From assembly GCA_963555995.3 (NCBI GenBank), contig OY821641.1, positions 416,001 through 480,000 of the forward strand: a DNA stretch of 64,000 nucleotides, written 5' to 3'. Made by a program: the position numbers and the translations under genes. Each line of letters begins with the position of its first letter. Within the stretch, counting starts at the first letter, position 1. The DNA is from Vicinamibacteria bacterium (lineage in GTDB: Bacteria > Acidobacteriota > Vicinamibacteria > Marinacidobacterales > Marinacidobacteraceae). The notes under the pieces were generated by a model. The model made no database searches, was not told where the DNA came from, and saw only the letters and a program-made list of their open reading frames with translations. Positions 29,098 through 38,736 of this stretch are shown in pieces.

Positions 29098-31086
29098 TCA
29101 CCTCCGTCTCTCTCTCGGTGGAAGTTCCCCGATCCGGGAGAGCAGTTCCCGCGCCTCCCGGTGGTCGGGTTCGAGTTGAAGTAGCTGTTCGAGTGACCGC
29201 GCCGCCTGGTCCGTCTCGCCCTGACGGGCCAGCACCGCCGCCCGGTTGAAGAGGGCGGGCGCCAGGTCCGGCTCTGCCGCGAGGGCGGCGTCGTAGTGGC
29301 GGACCGCGGCGTCGCCGTCGTCCGTCCTCGCCAGCAGGTTGCCCAACCGGAAGTGGGCAAGCGCGAAGTCGGGCTTCACGGAGGCGGCCCGCCGATAGTG
29401 ATCGAGGGCTTCTGCGGGTTCCCCCCGGGCTTCCAGCGCCTCCCCGAGTCCGTAGTGCGCTTCGGCGAACTCCGGCCAGTCCTCGAGCGCCCGGCGGAAA
29501 TGCGCCTCCGCCTCCTCCGCGTTCCTTTGCGCGAGCCGGACCGTCCCCAGGTTGTGATGCGCCTGCGGAAGTTCCGGGCTCGCCGTGATGGCCCTGCTGA
29601 AGAGCGCCACGGCCCTATCCACATCGCCGTTCAGGAAGTGGAGGCGGCCGAGGTCGCTGAGCGCCAGCGCGAAATCCGGCCGGACGCGCACGGCTTCGTC
29701 GAGGTGACGGATCGCTTCGCCCCGCTCGCCGAGCGCGGCGAGCATCCCCGCCAGGCTGAAGAGGGCCTTCGCGTCCTCCGGGTTCCGGTCCAGCTTGAAC
29801 CGGTAGCCGGCGAGCCGCGCGGCGGTCTCCTTCCGCGCGAAGTCCAGCTTCAGCGCCGCGAGGTCCTCTTCCCGTTTCGGTACCACCTGGACCCAGAGGT
29901 CCCCCATCTCGTCCGAGGACTCGGGTCCGTAGAGCACCCGGCGGGGCGGATGGTGTGGGTTCTGGGGGTTGCCTGCGGTGTTGTCGTAGCTGAACTCCAT
30001 CGCCAGTTCGGCGCCCGCCGGCAGGGACACCGGCCGGGCGAAGCGGTACTCGGCCTGCCAGTTGAAGTCCCAGTCGGGGATGTGCAGTAGCGAGCGGCGC
30101 CTGCCGTCTTCGAACTCGGCCCAGGCCCGCATCTCCTTGCCGAGGTAGTGGGCGTGCGGGTAGAGGCCCACCAGTTCCACGTCCACGGGCAGCCGATAGG
30201 CGTCCCGGATGCGGTAGTTCGCCTCGCCGGCGGGGATCGTCATCGCCTTCGCGCCGAGCCGCAGCCGGGTGGAGGTGCGGGTGGGCGCGTCGCCGAAGTG
30301 GAAGCCCACCTGGACCTGGACCGGGGCCGCGTCCGGACGGGGGAGGAGGTGCAGTTGCAGCACCAGGTCGCTCGCGCGGGGTAGCCGCCAGGCCATGCCG
30401 TCGGGGACTTCGAGCGACGTCTTGCCGGGGGTCCAGCCGAGGAAGTGTCCGTCCGGGCTCTCCGCGAGGCCGGCCTGCATGCCGGCCCAGCCGGGGCCGG
30501 GGTCGAGGGCGTCGAGATGGCGGGTGGAACGGGCCGCGTCCACCAGCAACACGGCGTGGTGGACCACCTCGTGGTTGCCGGGCCGGAACTCCATCGCCTC
30601 GACGAAGCGGTCGCGCCCGGTCGGGACCGGAACCACGAAGCTCCGGAAGACGTCCCGGCCGGATTCCGGGACGATGTAGGGCTCGGCCATGGTCACCACC
30701 AGCTCCGGTTCACCGAGCCGCCAACCGGCTGCGAACCGCGGGGAGGCCGGCAGCACCGCCGGATCGCCTTCGGGCGCGCCGCCGTCGGCCCAACGCCGAA
30801 GTGTCCCGATCGCCTCCTCGGAGAGCCGGCGTTCGCCGACGAAGGGCTCCGGCCCCGACTCTGGGAGCCAGGGCGGCATGTGCCGGGCCGCGGTCATTGC
30901 GGCGATCCGTTCGGCCCGCTCCCGCGCTCCGGGGTACATCTCGAGGCTGAAGGGACCGATACCGCCCTCGCGGTGGCAGGCGACGCAGTGCTCGAAGAGG
31001 ATCGGGGCGACGTCCCGGGTGAAGGTGACGGGTTCCTGGGTGGCCGTCAGGCCGGTCGCTATCGAAAGTGCGGCGAGGAGTGACAC
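29098..31086 (-). CDS. CxxCH + copper monooxygenase (PHM/DBM-like) + TPR-repeat protein
   Basis: CVACH, VVHHAV, LQLH, YPHAH, WDFNWQ, DEM; C-terminal ~220 aa of TPR repeats. Confidence 0.8.
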   Translation of the reverse strand: MSLLAALSIATGLTATQEPVTFTRDVAPILFEHCVACHREGGIGPFSLEMYPGARERAERIAAMTAARHMPPWLPESGPEPFVGERRLSEEAIGTLRRWADGGAPEGDPAVLPASPRFAAGWRLGEPELVVTMAEPYIVPESGRDVFRSFVVPVPTGRDRFVEAMEFRPGNHEVVHHAVLLVDAARSTRHLDALDPGPGWAGMQAGLAESPDGHFLGWTPGKTSLEVPDGMAWRLPRASDLVLQLHLLPRPDAAPVQVQVGFHFGDAPTRTSTRLRLGAKAMTIPAGEANYRIRDAYRLPVDVELVGLYPHAHYLGKEMRAWAEFEDGRRRSLLHIPDWDFNWQAEYRFARPVSLPAGAELAMEFSYDNTAGNPQNPHHPPRRVLYGPESSDEMGDLWVQVVPKREEDLAALKLDFARKETAARLAGYRFKLDRNPEDAKALFSLAGMLAALGERGEAIRHLDEAVRVRPDFALALSDLGRLHFLNGDVDRAVALFSRAITASPELPQAHHNLGTVRLAQRNAEEAEAHFRRALEDWPEFAEAHYGLGEALEARGEPAEALDHYRRAASVKPDFALAHFRLGNLLARTDDGDAAVRHYDAALAAEPDLAPALFNRAAVLARQGETDQAARSLEQLLQLEPDHREARELLSRIGELPPRERRR

Positions 31087-31158
31087 GACCGTGGATGCCC
31101 GGTTCGGAACCTACCCGCTCCCCGGCAGCCGCCGCAAACGCAGCCGGGGTCGTTTCGG

Positions 31159-32265
31159 TCAGACCTTCAGGTAGATCCGCTTGCGGTCGAGGAACACGGC
31201 GATCGCCGTCCAGACGGCCACGTTCGCGAGCGCGAAACCGAGCGACCCGTTCAGCGGCCCGAGCCAGGAGGCGAAGAAGACCTCGTAGGTCCGGGTGTAG
31301 GCCGAGCCGTCGCCCCGCTCCGGGAAGAGGAGCATGGTCTTGATGACCAGCCCGGACCCGACGAAGACCCCGATGGCGTTCTTCCCGAGCGACTCCAGCG
31401 GGGCGGTCCAGCGCGGCGGCTGCCGCAGGTCCATGAGCAGTACGCAGCACGCCAGCATCGAGAGCGCGATCCCCGCGGTGAAGAGCACGTAGGAACTGGT
31501 CCAGAGGTTCTTGTTGATGGGCAGCCAGAAGCTCCAGATCCAGCCCAGGGTCAGGAGCGCGAACCCGGCGGTGAGCAGGCCGGTCGTCTTCTGCGACGGG
31601 AGGTGCGCCGACCGCAGCCACTGCCCGGCGAAGATGCCGAGGAGGGCGGTCGCGACCGCCGGGACCGTGGAGAGCACTCCCTCCGGATCCCAGGCGCCCT
31701 GGTAAAGGGTTCCGGGCAGCAGGACGCGGTCGAGGAAGGCGGCGATGTTCGTCCCGGGTTCCAGGTCGCCGGCCACCCCGCCCGGCGCCGGCACGAACCG
31801 CATCACGGCCGCGAAGCCGGCGAGGCAGACGGCCGTCAGGGCGGCGAGCCCTCGCCGGCCCAGCCACAGGAACGCCGCTCCGGCCACGAGGTAGACCACC
31901 CCGATCCGCTGCAGCACGCCGGGCAGCCGGAGCGATCCGAGATCCAGGAACGGCCAGGCCGCCAGCAAGAGCCCGAGCCCGATCAGGATGGCGCTCCGCC
32001 GCAGCACCCGGAGGAACAGCGTGCCCCGTTCGGCGCCCCTTTCCACCCGCCGCCCGAGCGAGAACGGGATCGCCACCCCGACGATCAACAGGAAGAACGG
32101 GAAGATGAGGTCCGTCGGCGTCCAGCCGTGCCAGGGCGCGTGGAGGAGCGGCGGATAGACGTGGGCCCAGCTTCCCGGGTTGTTCACCAGGATCATCCCG
32201 GCGATCGTCGCCCCGCGGAAGGCGTCGAGGGAGCGGAGCCGGTTCGGCAGTCCCCCTTGGGACAT
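31159..32265 (-). CDS. heparan-alpha-glucosaminide N-acetyltransferase-like (NagX/DUF5009) membrane protein
   Basis: RL.SLDAFRG.TIAGMILVN, HAPWHG.TPTDLIFPFF, GVLQRIG, DPEG, PINKNLWTSSYVL. Confidence 0.9.
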   Translation of the reverse strand: MSQGGLPNRLRSLDAFRGATIAGMILVNNPGSWAHVYPPLLHAPWHGWTPTDLIFPFFLLIVGVAIPFSLGRRVERGAERGTLFLRVLRRSAILIGLGLLLAAWPFLDLGSLRLPGVLQRIGVVYLVAGAAFLWLGRRGLAALTAVCLAGFAAVMRFVPAPGGVAGDLEPGTNIAAFLDRVLLPGTLYQGAWDPEGVLSTVPAVATALLGIFAGQWLRSAHLPSQKTTGLLTAGFALLTLGWIWSFWLPINKNLWTSSYVLFTAGIALSMLACCVLLMDLRQPPRWTAPLESLGKNAIGVFVGSGLVIKTMLLFPERGDGSAYTRTYEVFFASWLGPLNGSLGFALANVAVWTAIAVFLDRKRIYLKV

Positions 32266-32275
32266 GCTCGGAGTG

Positions 32276-32734
32276 CTACCGGCCCTTCACCGGATAGACA
32301 TCGTGGTTCGGGTCATACCAGAGGAGGTGGAACGTGCGCCCGTCGCGAATTCCGTAGACCCGCTCCTTGCCGGCGATACGAAGGGAGAACAGTTCATCCA
32401 GGTCGTCCTGCCGGAGTTCGCCGAGGCGTTTTCGGGCCTTCCGGGACAGTCCTCCCACCGGGACCGGGTGGTTGTTCGTTCCGGCCGACCGTCCGCCGGA
32501 TCCCGACATCAGTTCGGCCCAGGTCATGGATTCGAAGTTCTGGAGCACCGGAAGGATCCGGTTCCACCAACGCTCGGATTCCACGCGCCGCCAGCCCCAC
32601 GCCCCGTCCATGTCCATCCGGCGCAACCCCCAAACCGGCGTCCGGCCGGTTTCCGGATCGCCGCCCCGCCGAATCCGGGCGTTGCGGTCCGGGTCGTGTT
32701 CGGGTCGCCGCCGGGGTTGTTTCCGGGCGGTCAT
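32276..32734 (-). CDS. putative toxin paired with Panacea antitoxin (possible RelE-like fold)
   Basis: ATGA overlap with the DUF4065 gene; C-terminal ELFSLRIAGKERVYGIR...FHLLWYDPNH. Confidence 0.7.
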   Translation of the reverse strand: MTARKQPRRRPEHDPDRNARIRRGGDPETGRTPVWGLRRMDMDGAWGWRRVESERWWNRILPVLQNFESMTWAELMSGSGGRSAGTNNHPVPVGGLSRKARKRLGELRQDDLDELFSLRIAGKERVYGIRDGRTFHLLWYDPNHDVYPVKGR

Positions 32735-33168
32735 TCGGCCTGCAGGCCGCCGTAGTACTCCGCCAGATCCTGCTTGCGGATGATCGTGTTCGCTCGATCT
32801 CCTTCGGGAATCCCCCGGCGCGCTTTTCGCCAGGGATCTTCCATGTGCGTCAGGTCGCTGAGCCACTGTGATGACTTGTCACCGTAGTACGCGAGGACCG
32901 CATCCACCGTTTCGGCCTGGGCCGAAGTCAGTTGCGACGGATTGCCGCCCTTGATCGCTGACAGTCGAAACTGGTGGCGGTGGCGCTCATAGAGTTCCCG
33001 GACGACCGGGCCGTTTGCCCACGCCTCGATCTCTTCCGGGAAGATTTCTGCATCGTCCCAGACGGTGGACCAACCCTGCGCGTAGTACACGAGCTTCTGG
33101 AGCTTCCAGGTCGTCATCGGACCCTGTTTCTCCAGGATGTACGCGGCTACGTCCAGCACGTTCGCCAT
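32731..33168 (-). CDS. Panacea/SocA-like (DUF4065) antitoxin
   Basis: DVAAYIL, KLQKLVYYAQ, IEAWANGPVV.ELY, LSDLTH.EDPW. Confidence 0.92.
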   Translation of the reverse strand: MANVLDVAAYILEKQGPMTTWKLQKLVYYAQGWSTVWDDAEIFPEEIEAWANGPVVRELYERHRHQFRLSAIKGGNPSQLTSAQAETVDAVLAYYGDKSSQWLSDLTHMEDPWRKARRGIPEGDRANTIIRKQDLAEYYGGLQAE

Positions 33169-33274
33169 CAGCCGATCCTCCTCCCAGCCGTCACTCGCAA
33201 GCACATCAGCAAGGCCGAATCATAGCGGCGACCGCGGGAGCAGAAGGGCCGCGCCGGGGGAAAACCGCGATCCC

Positions 33275-34831
33275 TTACTGATCCCGGAGCACCTCCGTCG
33301 CCAGCCGGAGCAACTCCCGGTCGTAGGTGCGGAAGTTCTCCCGGGTCAGGGGCACGTGGATGTCCGGAATGACCGGGTTGCCTTCGAGGATCTCGGTGTT
33401 GGGACGCAGGGTGTGCCCGATGTTCCACATGAACTCCGCGACCGGCCGGTCGGTCCCGGGGAAGGTGAGCACCTCCTCGTGCTCCCAGGTGTTGCTGTAG
33501 CCGCCGGTCGGCATGCCGATGACCATGGCCAGCCCGTTGTCGGCGAACATCGAGAGGAACTGGTCCAGGTGCGAGCCGCCGTGCGGTCCGCCGATGATCG
33601 CGGTGCGGCCCCGGAAGTGGACCGGCGCGGGCTCCAGCGTGCCGCCGGCGTCGCGGGGCAGGTGGGCCAGCTTGAACGGGGTGGGCGGGGTGTACTCGTC
33701 GCCCCGGCGGATCGCTTCCGCGCCGTCCGTCCGCGCCCACTCGATCAGCCAGCTCCGGCTGAGGTTGAGCCCGAAGATGTCGGGCGCGTCCGCATCCACT
33801 TCCAAGTTCTGGAACCGCTCGATCAGCGCTTCGCCGGCGTCGCTGATGCGGACGTTGCCGAACGTCGTCCGGAAGGGCCGGCTCACCAGCCGCTGGATCG
33901 CGTAGGCGCCGAAGGAGCCGCCGCTGCTCCCCCGGACATCAATGATCAGGTCGTGGTCGAGCAGCTCGTCGCGCTCCGCGAGTTCCATGAGGGCCATGAC
34001 GTCCTGGATCAGCGAGCGCTCGAAGTCGAGCCACTGGAGCAGGACGATCCGCTCCCCCGCGTTCACGTGCACATGGAAGTTCTCCCGTTCCATCACCGGT
34101 TCGAATCCCTCGTACTCCGGCTCCAGCGCGACGGCGTGCGTGCCGCGGTCCCCGTAGGGCAGGGAGACGTCGTAGCGGTCGCCGGCGGCGTCCTCGAGGG
34201 TGAGGTTCAGGGTCTCGGCGTAGAGCTGCGGCGGGACGTTCCGCACCATCAGAGGCAGCTCCCGCGCCATGTGCCAAGTGAGGCCGTAGCGCGTCGAGTG
34301 CCGGATCCACCGGGTGAACTCGGCGACGTACTCGGGGATGGGCCGGCCGTTCACGGCCACGATTCGATCGCCGGGCTCGGGGGAAGGCAGGTCCATCCCC
34401 ACCCGGGCGACGAAGAACTGAGGGTGGTCGAGGTCCGAGAAGTCGGGAAGGACGAGGACCGGCGCCGCGAGGTCGGGGGTCTCGGGAACCGTCAGGCCGC
34501 CCTCGACGGGGTTCACGCTCAGGTGGCGGTCCCGGCGTGCGTTCGAGAGCTTCACCAGCTCGTAGAAGAGTTCCTCCTCGGTCTCCACGGCGAGGAACTC
34601 CGAACGCAGCGCGCGCATCTCCTCCAGCGCCGAGAAGCGGCCGGCCGTCTCCTTGACCTCGGAGAACGCCTCCCGGCGCGCGGTCTTCTCGATGATCTCG
34701 TCGAAGAGCGTCCCGAGTTGCTCCACCGAAACCGCGAGCGGCGTTCCGGGAGGCTCGTCGGACGCCCCGCAACCCGCGGATGCGCCGATGGCCGTCAGAC
34801 ACAGCGTCGCGAAGGCGAAACGCGTTCCCAC
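33275..34831 (-). CDS. S41-family peptidase-like lipoprotein with PDZ-like segment
   Basis: lipobox SAGC; PGDRIVAVNG; LIIDVRGSSGG; GGSHLDQF (catalytic Ser region); VIGMPTGG; EG.PVIPD. Confidence 0.7.
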   Translation of the reverse strand: MGTRFAFATLCLTAIGASAGCGASDEPPGTPLAVSVEQLGTLFDEIIEKTARREAFSEVKETAGRFSALEEMRALRSEFLAVETEEELFYELVKLSNARRDRHLSVNPVEGGLTVPETPDLAAPVLVLPDFSDLDHPQFFVARVGMDLPSPEPGDRIVAVNGRPIPEYVAEFTRWIRHSTRYGLTWHMARELPLMVRNVPPQLYAETLNLTLEDAAGDRYDVSLPYGDRGTHAVALEPEYEGFEPVMERENFHVHVNAGERIVLLQWLDFERSLIQDVMALMELAERDELLDHDLIIDVRGSSGGSFGAYAIQRLVSRPFRTTFGNVRISDAGEALIERFQNLEVDADAPDIFGLNLSRSWLIEWARTDGAEAIRRGDEYTPPTPFKLAHLPRDAGGTLEPAPVHFRGRTAIIGGPHGGSHLDQFLSMFADNGLAMVIGMPTGGYSNTWEHEEVLTFPGTDRPVAEFMWNIGHTLRPNTEILEGNPVIPDIHVPLTRENFRTYDRELLRLATEVLRDQ

Positions 34832-34878
34832 AGGCTCCTAGCCTAAAGGACCGTGGGCCGCATAGTCTTGGACCCTTG

Positions 34879-35451
34879 ATGCCGCCGTTCACCGTTGTCG
34901 CCGGGTGGGTCGCCGGGGTGCTGTCGCTGGTGGCGTTCGTCCCCTACATCGTGGCGATCCTGCGCGGCGAGACCCGTCCGAACCGGGCCACCTGGTGGAT
35001 CTGGACCACGACCGGCGGGGTCCTGCTCGCCAGCTACTACTTCTCCGGCGCCGAGACCACCATCTGGGTGGCGGTGAGCTACTTCGTCGCTTCGCTGGTG
35101 ACGGCGGTGCTGAGCATCCGCTACGGCGAGGGCGGCTCGACTCCCCTCGACCGCGGCTGCCTCATGGGCGCCGGCGCGGGCCTGCTGCTCTGGTGGCTGT
35201 TCGACAATCCCGTGGTGGCGCTGGTGACGACGCTCGGCGTGGACTTCGCGGGCGCGGTCCCGACCATCCGGAAGGCCTGGATCGCGCCGCACACCGAGGA
35301 CCGCCTCGCCTGGGCGCTCTTCATCGCCGGGAACGCCTGCAACCTGGTGGCGGTGGACCGCTGGGAGTTCGCCATCGCGATCTATCCCATCTACTTCTTC
35401 TTGGCGAGCGGAACCATCGCGGCGCTGGTGCTCCGTCCGCGGGCCAGGTGA
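34879..35451 (+). CDS. multi-pass membrane protein (PQ-loop-like duplicated PY/PT motifs)
   Basis: ~7 hydrophobic helices; FVPYIVAILRGETRPNRATW and AVPTIRKAW..P.TE repeats. Confidence 0.7.
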   Translation: MPPFTVVAGWVAGVLSLVAFVPYIVAILRGETRPNRATWWIWTTTGGVLLASYYFSGAETTIWVAVSYFVASLVTAVLSIRYGEGGSTPLDRGCLMGAGAGLLLWWLFDNPVVALVTTLGVDFAGAVPTIRKAWIAPHTEDRLAWALFIAGNACNLVAVDRWEFAIAIYPIYFFLASGTIAALVLRPRAR

Positions 35452-35464
35452 TACAACCCGCGCC

Positions 35465-36745
35465 GTGACCGACCCCGTTTACCGCCGCATCCGGGCGCTC
35501 TGGCCCGACCACCTCGGGCTCGCCCGCGGCAAGCTCCTCCTCCCCGGCGCCGCCGAGACCGGGCACTGCCTCGCCACCTTCGCACTCGGCTTCGACCGGG
35601 AGATGGACGCCTATCCCAACTCGGGCCTCCTCGACGGATTGCCGGACATGCGCGCGGTCTTCGACCCGGCCGCGATCCGGCCCGGCTGGAGCGAGGGCAC
35701 CGGCGTGGTCGTCGCCGACCTGACGCAGCACGGCAAGCCGCTCGAACGCTCCTCCCGCCGCATCCTGAAGCGCGCGATCGCCGAACACGAGTCCGACGGC
35801 CGGCGTCCGGTGGTCGGCATCGAGCTGGAGGCGTTCCTGCTGCAGCCGGACGGCGAGGGCGGCTTCCGGCCGATCCACACCCCCGGTTCCCATGTTTACG
35901 GCTCCGGCCCGCTCATGGACCCCGGGGGGGTCATGGAGGCGGTGCTCGACGCCGCCGACCGCTGCGGGATCGTGCTGGAGTCCTTCCACAGCGAGTACGA
36001 CGACGGCCAGTTCGAGCTGACCCTCGGGAAGAACGACGCCCTCGCCGCCGCCGACGAGGCGTTCCTCTTCAAGCTGCTCGCGCGCGAGGTGGCCGCCGAG
36101 CGCGGCTACCACCTCACCTTCATCGGCAAGCCCTTCAGCGACCGCGGCGGTTCCGGCCTCCACGTCAACCTCAGCCTCGAAGAGGGCGGGAAGAACGTCT
36201 TCGACGATCCGGAGGGCGAGGGCGGCCTCTCGAAGCTCGCCTGGTCGGCGGTGGCCGGGCTACTCCACCACCACCGGGGACTGGCGGGCACGGTGGCGCC
36301 CACCGTGAACGCCTACCGGCGGCTCCGCCCGGGGCAGATGAGCGGCTACTGGGCCAACTGGGGCCACGACCACCGCGGCTGCGCGGTGCGCATTCCGTTG
36401 GAGCGCGGGGCGGGGTCGCGGATCGAGCATCGGCTCGCCGACGGGTCCTGCGGCCCGCACCTCGGGGTGGCGGCCACGCTGCTCGCCGCCCGGCTCGGAA
36501 TCCGGGCCGGGATGACGCCGCCCCCCGAGGAGAAGGGCGACTGTCTGGAGGCGTCGGAATGCCCGGTGAACGTCGCCGCCGATCTGGGGCGCGCCCTCGA
36601 CGACCTGGAGAACGATGCCGACCTCGTGAACGCCTTCGGGGAGGAGTTCGTCCGGATGCACGTCACCGTGAAGCGGCGCGAGTGGGAGCGGTTCCGCGCC
36701 CACACCACCGACTGGGAGAAGCGGGAATACCTCCCGTATCTCTGA
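35465..36745 (+). CDS. glutamine synthetase-like gamma-glutamylamide synthetase (PuuA/GlnA-like)
   Basis: GIELEAFL, HSEYDDGQFEL, KP...GGSGLHVNLS, PTVNAYRRL, WG.DHR..AVR, RIEHR; divergent from housekeeping GlnA. Confidence 0.88.
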   Translation: MTDPVYRRIRALWPDHLGLARGKLLLPGAAETGHCLATFALGFDREMDAYPNSGLLDGLPDMRAVFDPAAIRPGWSEGTGVVVADLTQHGKPLERSSRRILKRAIAEHESDGRRPVVGIELEAFLLQPDGEGGFRPIHTPGSHVYGSGPLMDPGGVMEAVLDAADRCGIVLESFHSEYDDGQFELTLGKNDALAAADEAFLFKLLAREVAAERGYHLTFIGKPFSDRGGSGLHVNLSLEEGGKNVFDDPEGEGGLSKLAWSAVAGLLHHHRGLAGTVAPTVNAYRRLRPGQMSGYWANWGHDHRGCAVRIPLERGAGSRIEHRLADGSCGPHLGVAATLLAARLGIRAGMTPPPEEKGDCLEASECPVNVAADLGRALDDLENDADLVNAFGEEFVRMHVTVKRREWERFRAHTTDWEKREYLPYL

Positions 36746-36770
36746 CGTTCTTCGGGACGGCAGCCTGCCA

Positions 36771-37937
36771 ATGAGCTTCGCCGCCACCGTCACCGCCGAG
36801 GAACTCGACCGGGATCCGGACCCCATCCTCGCCCGCCTGCGCGAGGAGGAACCGGTGGCCTGGATCCCGGCGCTCGAGATGTGGTTCGTGACCCGCTGGG
36901 ACGACGTCCAGACGATGGAGGACCACCCCGAGATCTTCAGCGCGTGCACCGAGCCGAGTTTCCTGGCGCGGACGCTCGGGGAGAACATGCTGACGCTCGA
37001 TCCGCCGGCCTGCACCCGGCTGCAGAAGGCGTGCAAGCCGCCCTTTCTGCGCGCCGGACGGAGCGGCTCCTTCGCGGAGACGGAACTCCCCGCGATGTGC
37101 GACCGCCTCATCGAGTCCATGCGGGACGACGGCGAGGCGGACATCATCGCCGGCTACGCGGCGCTCGTGAGCGCGGGCTCGCTCGCCACCGTGCTCGGGC
37201 TCGACGCCTACGACTTCCGCGAGGTCTGGGACTGGTGCGAAGGGCTCTGCATCGGGGTTGCCAACTTCGAGCAGGAGCCGGAGGCGTTCGCGGTCGGCCA
37301 ACGGGCCGCCGACGCGGTGGAGGCGGCGGTGCTGGCCCGGCTCGACGAACTGCGCGAGCGTCCGGAGGCCTGCGGCCTCCTCCACATCCTGCGCGCCGAG
37401 CAGGACCTCACCGCAGCGGAGATCGTGAACAACGTCCGACTCATGATCTCGGGAGGCATCAACGAGCCGCGGGACGGCATCGGCCTCGTCGTCTGGACGA
37501 TGCTGTCCTACGACGGTCTCCGCGAGCAGGCGCTCGGCAGCCCCGCGGCCATGCGGCGGCTGGTGGACGAGGTGCTCCGCCGGTTCACTCCGGTCGGCAC
37601 CATCACCCGCACCACCACCCGGGAGACCGAACTGGGCGGGGTGCGGCTTCCTGAGGGCGTCCTCGTCTCCGGCATCCTCCGGGCGGCGAACCTCGACCCG
37701 GCCCGCTTCCGCGATCCGGAACGGCTCGATCCCACGCGGACCGAGGGCGGCAATGCGGCCTTCGCCCTCGGCGTCCACCGCTGTATCGGTGAGTGGCTGG
37801 GGCGACAGGAGATCCGGGTCGGCGCCGAGCGGCTCTTCCGGAACCTTCCCGGCCTGCGGCTGCACCCGGACGAGCAAGTGACGCTCCGCGGCTTCGAGTT
37901 CCGCGGTCCGCAGAGCGTCCGGGTAGTCTGGGGTTGA
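36771..37937 (+). CDS. cytochrome P450 with non-canonical I-helix (GGINEP)
   Basis: EVLR K-helix, FALGVHRCIG heme motif; SGGINEPRD instead of AGxET. Confidence 0.92.
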   Translation: MSFAATVTAEELDRDPDPILARLREEEPVAWIPALEMWFVTRWDDVQTMEDHPEIFSACTEPSFLARTLGENMLTLDPPACTRLQKACKPPFLRAGRSGSFAETELPAMCDRLIESMRDDGEADIIAGYAALVSAGSLATVLGLDAYDFREVWDWCEGLCIGVANFEQEPEAFAVGQRAADAVEAAVLARLDELRERPEACGLLHILRAEQDLTAAEIVNNVRLMISGGINEPRDGIGLVVWTMLSYDGLREQALGSPAAMRRLVDEVLRRFTPVGTITRTTTRETELGGVRLPEGVLVSGILRAANLDPARFRDPERLDPTRTEGGNAAFALGVHRCIGEWLGRQEIRVGAERLFRNLPGLRLHPDEQVTLRGFEFRGPQSVRVVWG

Positions 37938-37941
37938 CGGC

Positions 37942-38733
37942 ATGACGAGCGGCTTTCTCTTTCCCCGGACTCCGACGGGCCGGGCCTCCCTGCTCCCGCC
38001 GCCGCCGTGGCACTACTCGGGGGAGATGCTCACCATCGAGTACCTCGCCGAGCCCGGAGCGGTGGCGGCGCTGCTTCCGCCGCCGCTCGAGCCGGTGGCC
38101 GACCGCCCGGACGCGGTGGCCGCCGTCTGGGCCGAGTGGCAGTGGAGGAGTGAAACCGGGAATGAGGAGCTCGATCCGGTGCGCTCCCAATACAAGGAGT
38201 GCCTGCTGGTCGTCCGCTGCCGCTATCGGGACCAGGACTGGTCGCGGTGCGTCTTCATCTGGGTGGACCAGGACGCCTCGCTCCTGCGCGGCCACGTCCA
38301 GGGCTATCCCAAGAAGCTCGGCGAGATCTGGATGACCCGGCCGGCGCTCATCGGCCGCGCCGGACCGCGGCTGGCGCCCGGCGGCCGCTTCGGAGCGACC
38401 GTTGCGGCGGGTTCCCGCCGACTCATGGAGGCCGAGTTCACGATCACCGGCGAGGCGGAGAGCGCCGGCTTCGTCAACGCCCATCCAATGCTCCATCACC
38501 GGCTCCTGCCGAACGTGGAGGCGGACGGGAGCGACGCCCTCCACGAAATCGTCAAGGTGAGTTCGGAGGTGGAACTCGGAACCGCCTACGTCGGCGACGC
38601 CTCGCTCCGCGTCTTCCCGTCGCCTACCGAGGACCTCTTGTCGCTCGCACCTCGCGAGATACTCGGTGGCTGCTGGCGGCGAGTGGCCCTTACCTTCCGC
38701 GGGGGCGAGACCCTCTCCCGCGGTCAGGAGTAG
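37942..38733 (+). CDS. acetoacetate decarboxylase-like superfamily protein
   Basis: PPPPWHY, QYKE, IWVDQD...RG..QGYPKKLG (Schiff-base Lys motif). Confidence 0.85.
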   Translation: MTSGFLFPRTPTGRASLLPPPPWHYSGEMLTIEYLAEPGAVAALLPPPLEPVADRPDAVAAVWAEWQWRSETGNEELDPVRSQYKECLLVVRCRYRDQDWSRCVFIWVDQDASLLRGHVQGYPKKLGEIWMTRPALIGRAGPRLAPGGRFGATVAAGSRRLMEAEFTITGEAESAGFVNAHPMLHHRLLPNVEADGSDALHEIVKVSSEVELGTAYVGDASLRVFPSPTEDLLSLAPREILGGCWRRVALTFRGGETLSRGQE

Positions 38734-38736
38734 CTC

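Noticed and set aside
35465-36745. Housekeeping glutamine synthetase glnA
   Set aside because: Short divergent N-terminus and catabolic context fit a gamma-glutamylamide ligase better, so no gene symbol was given.
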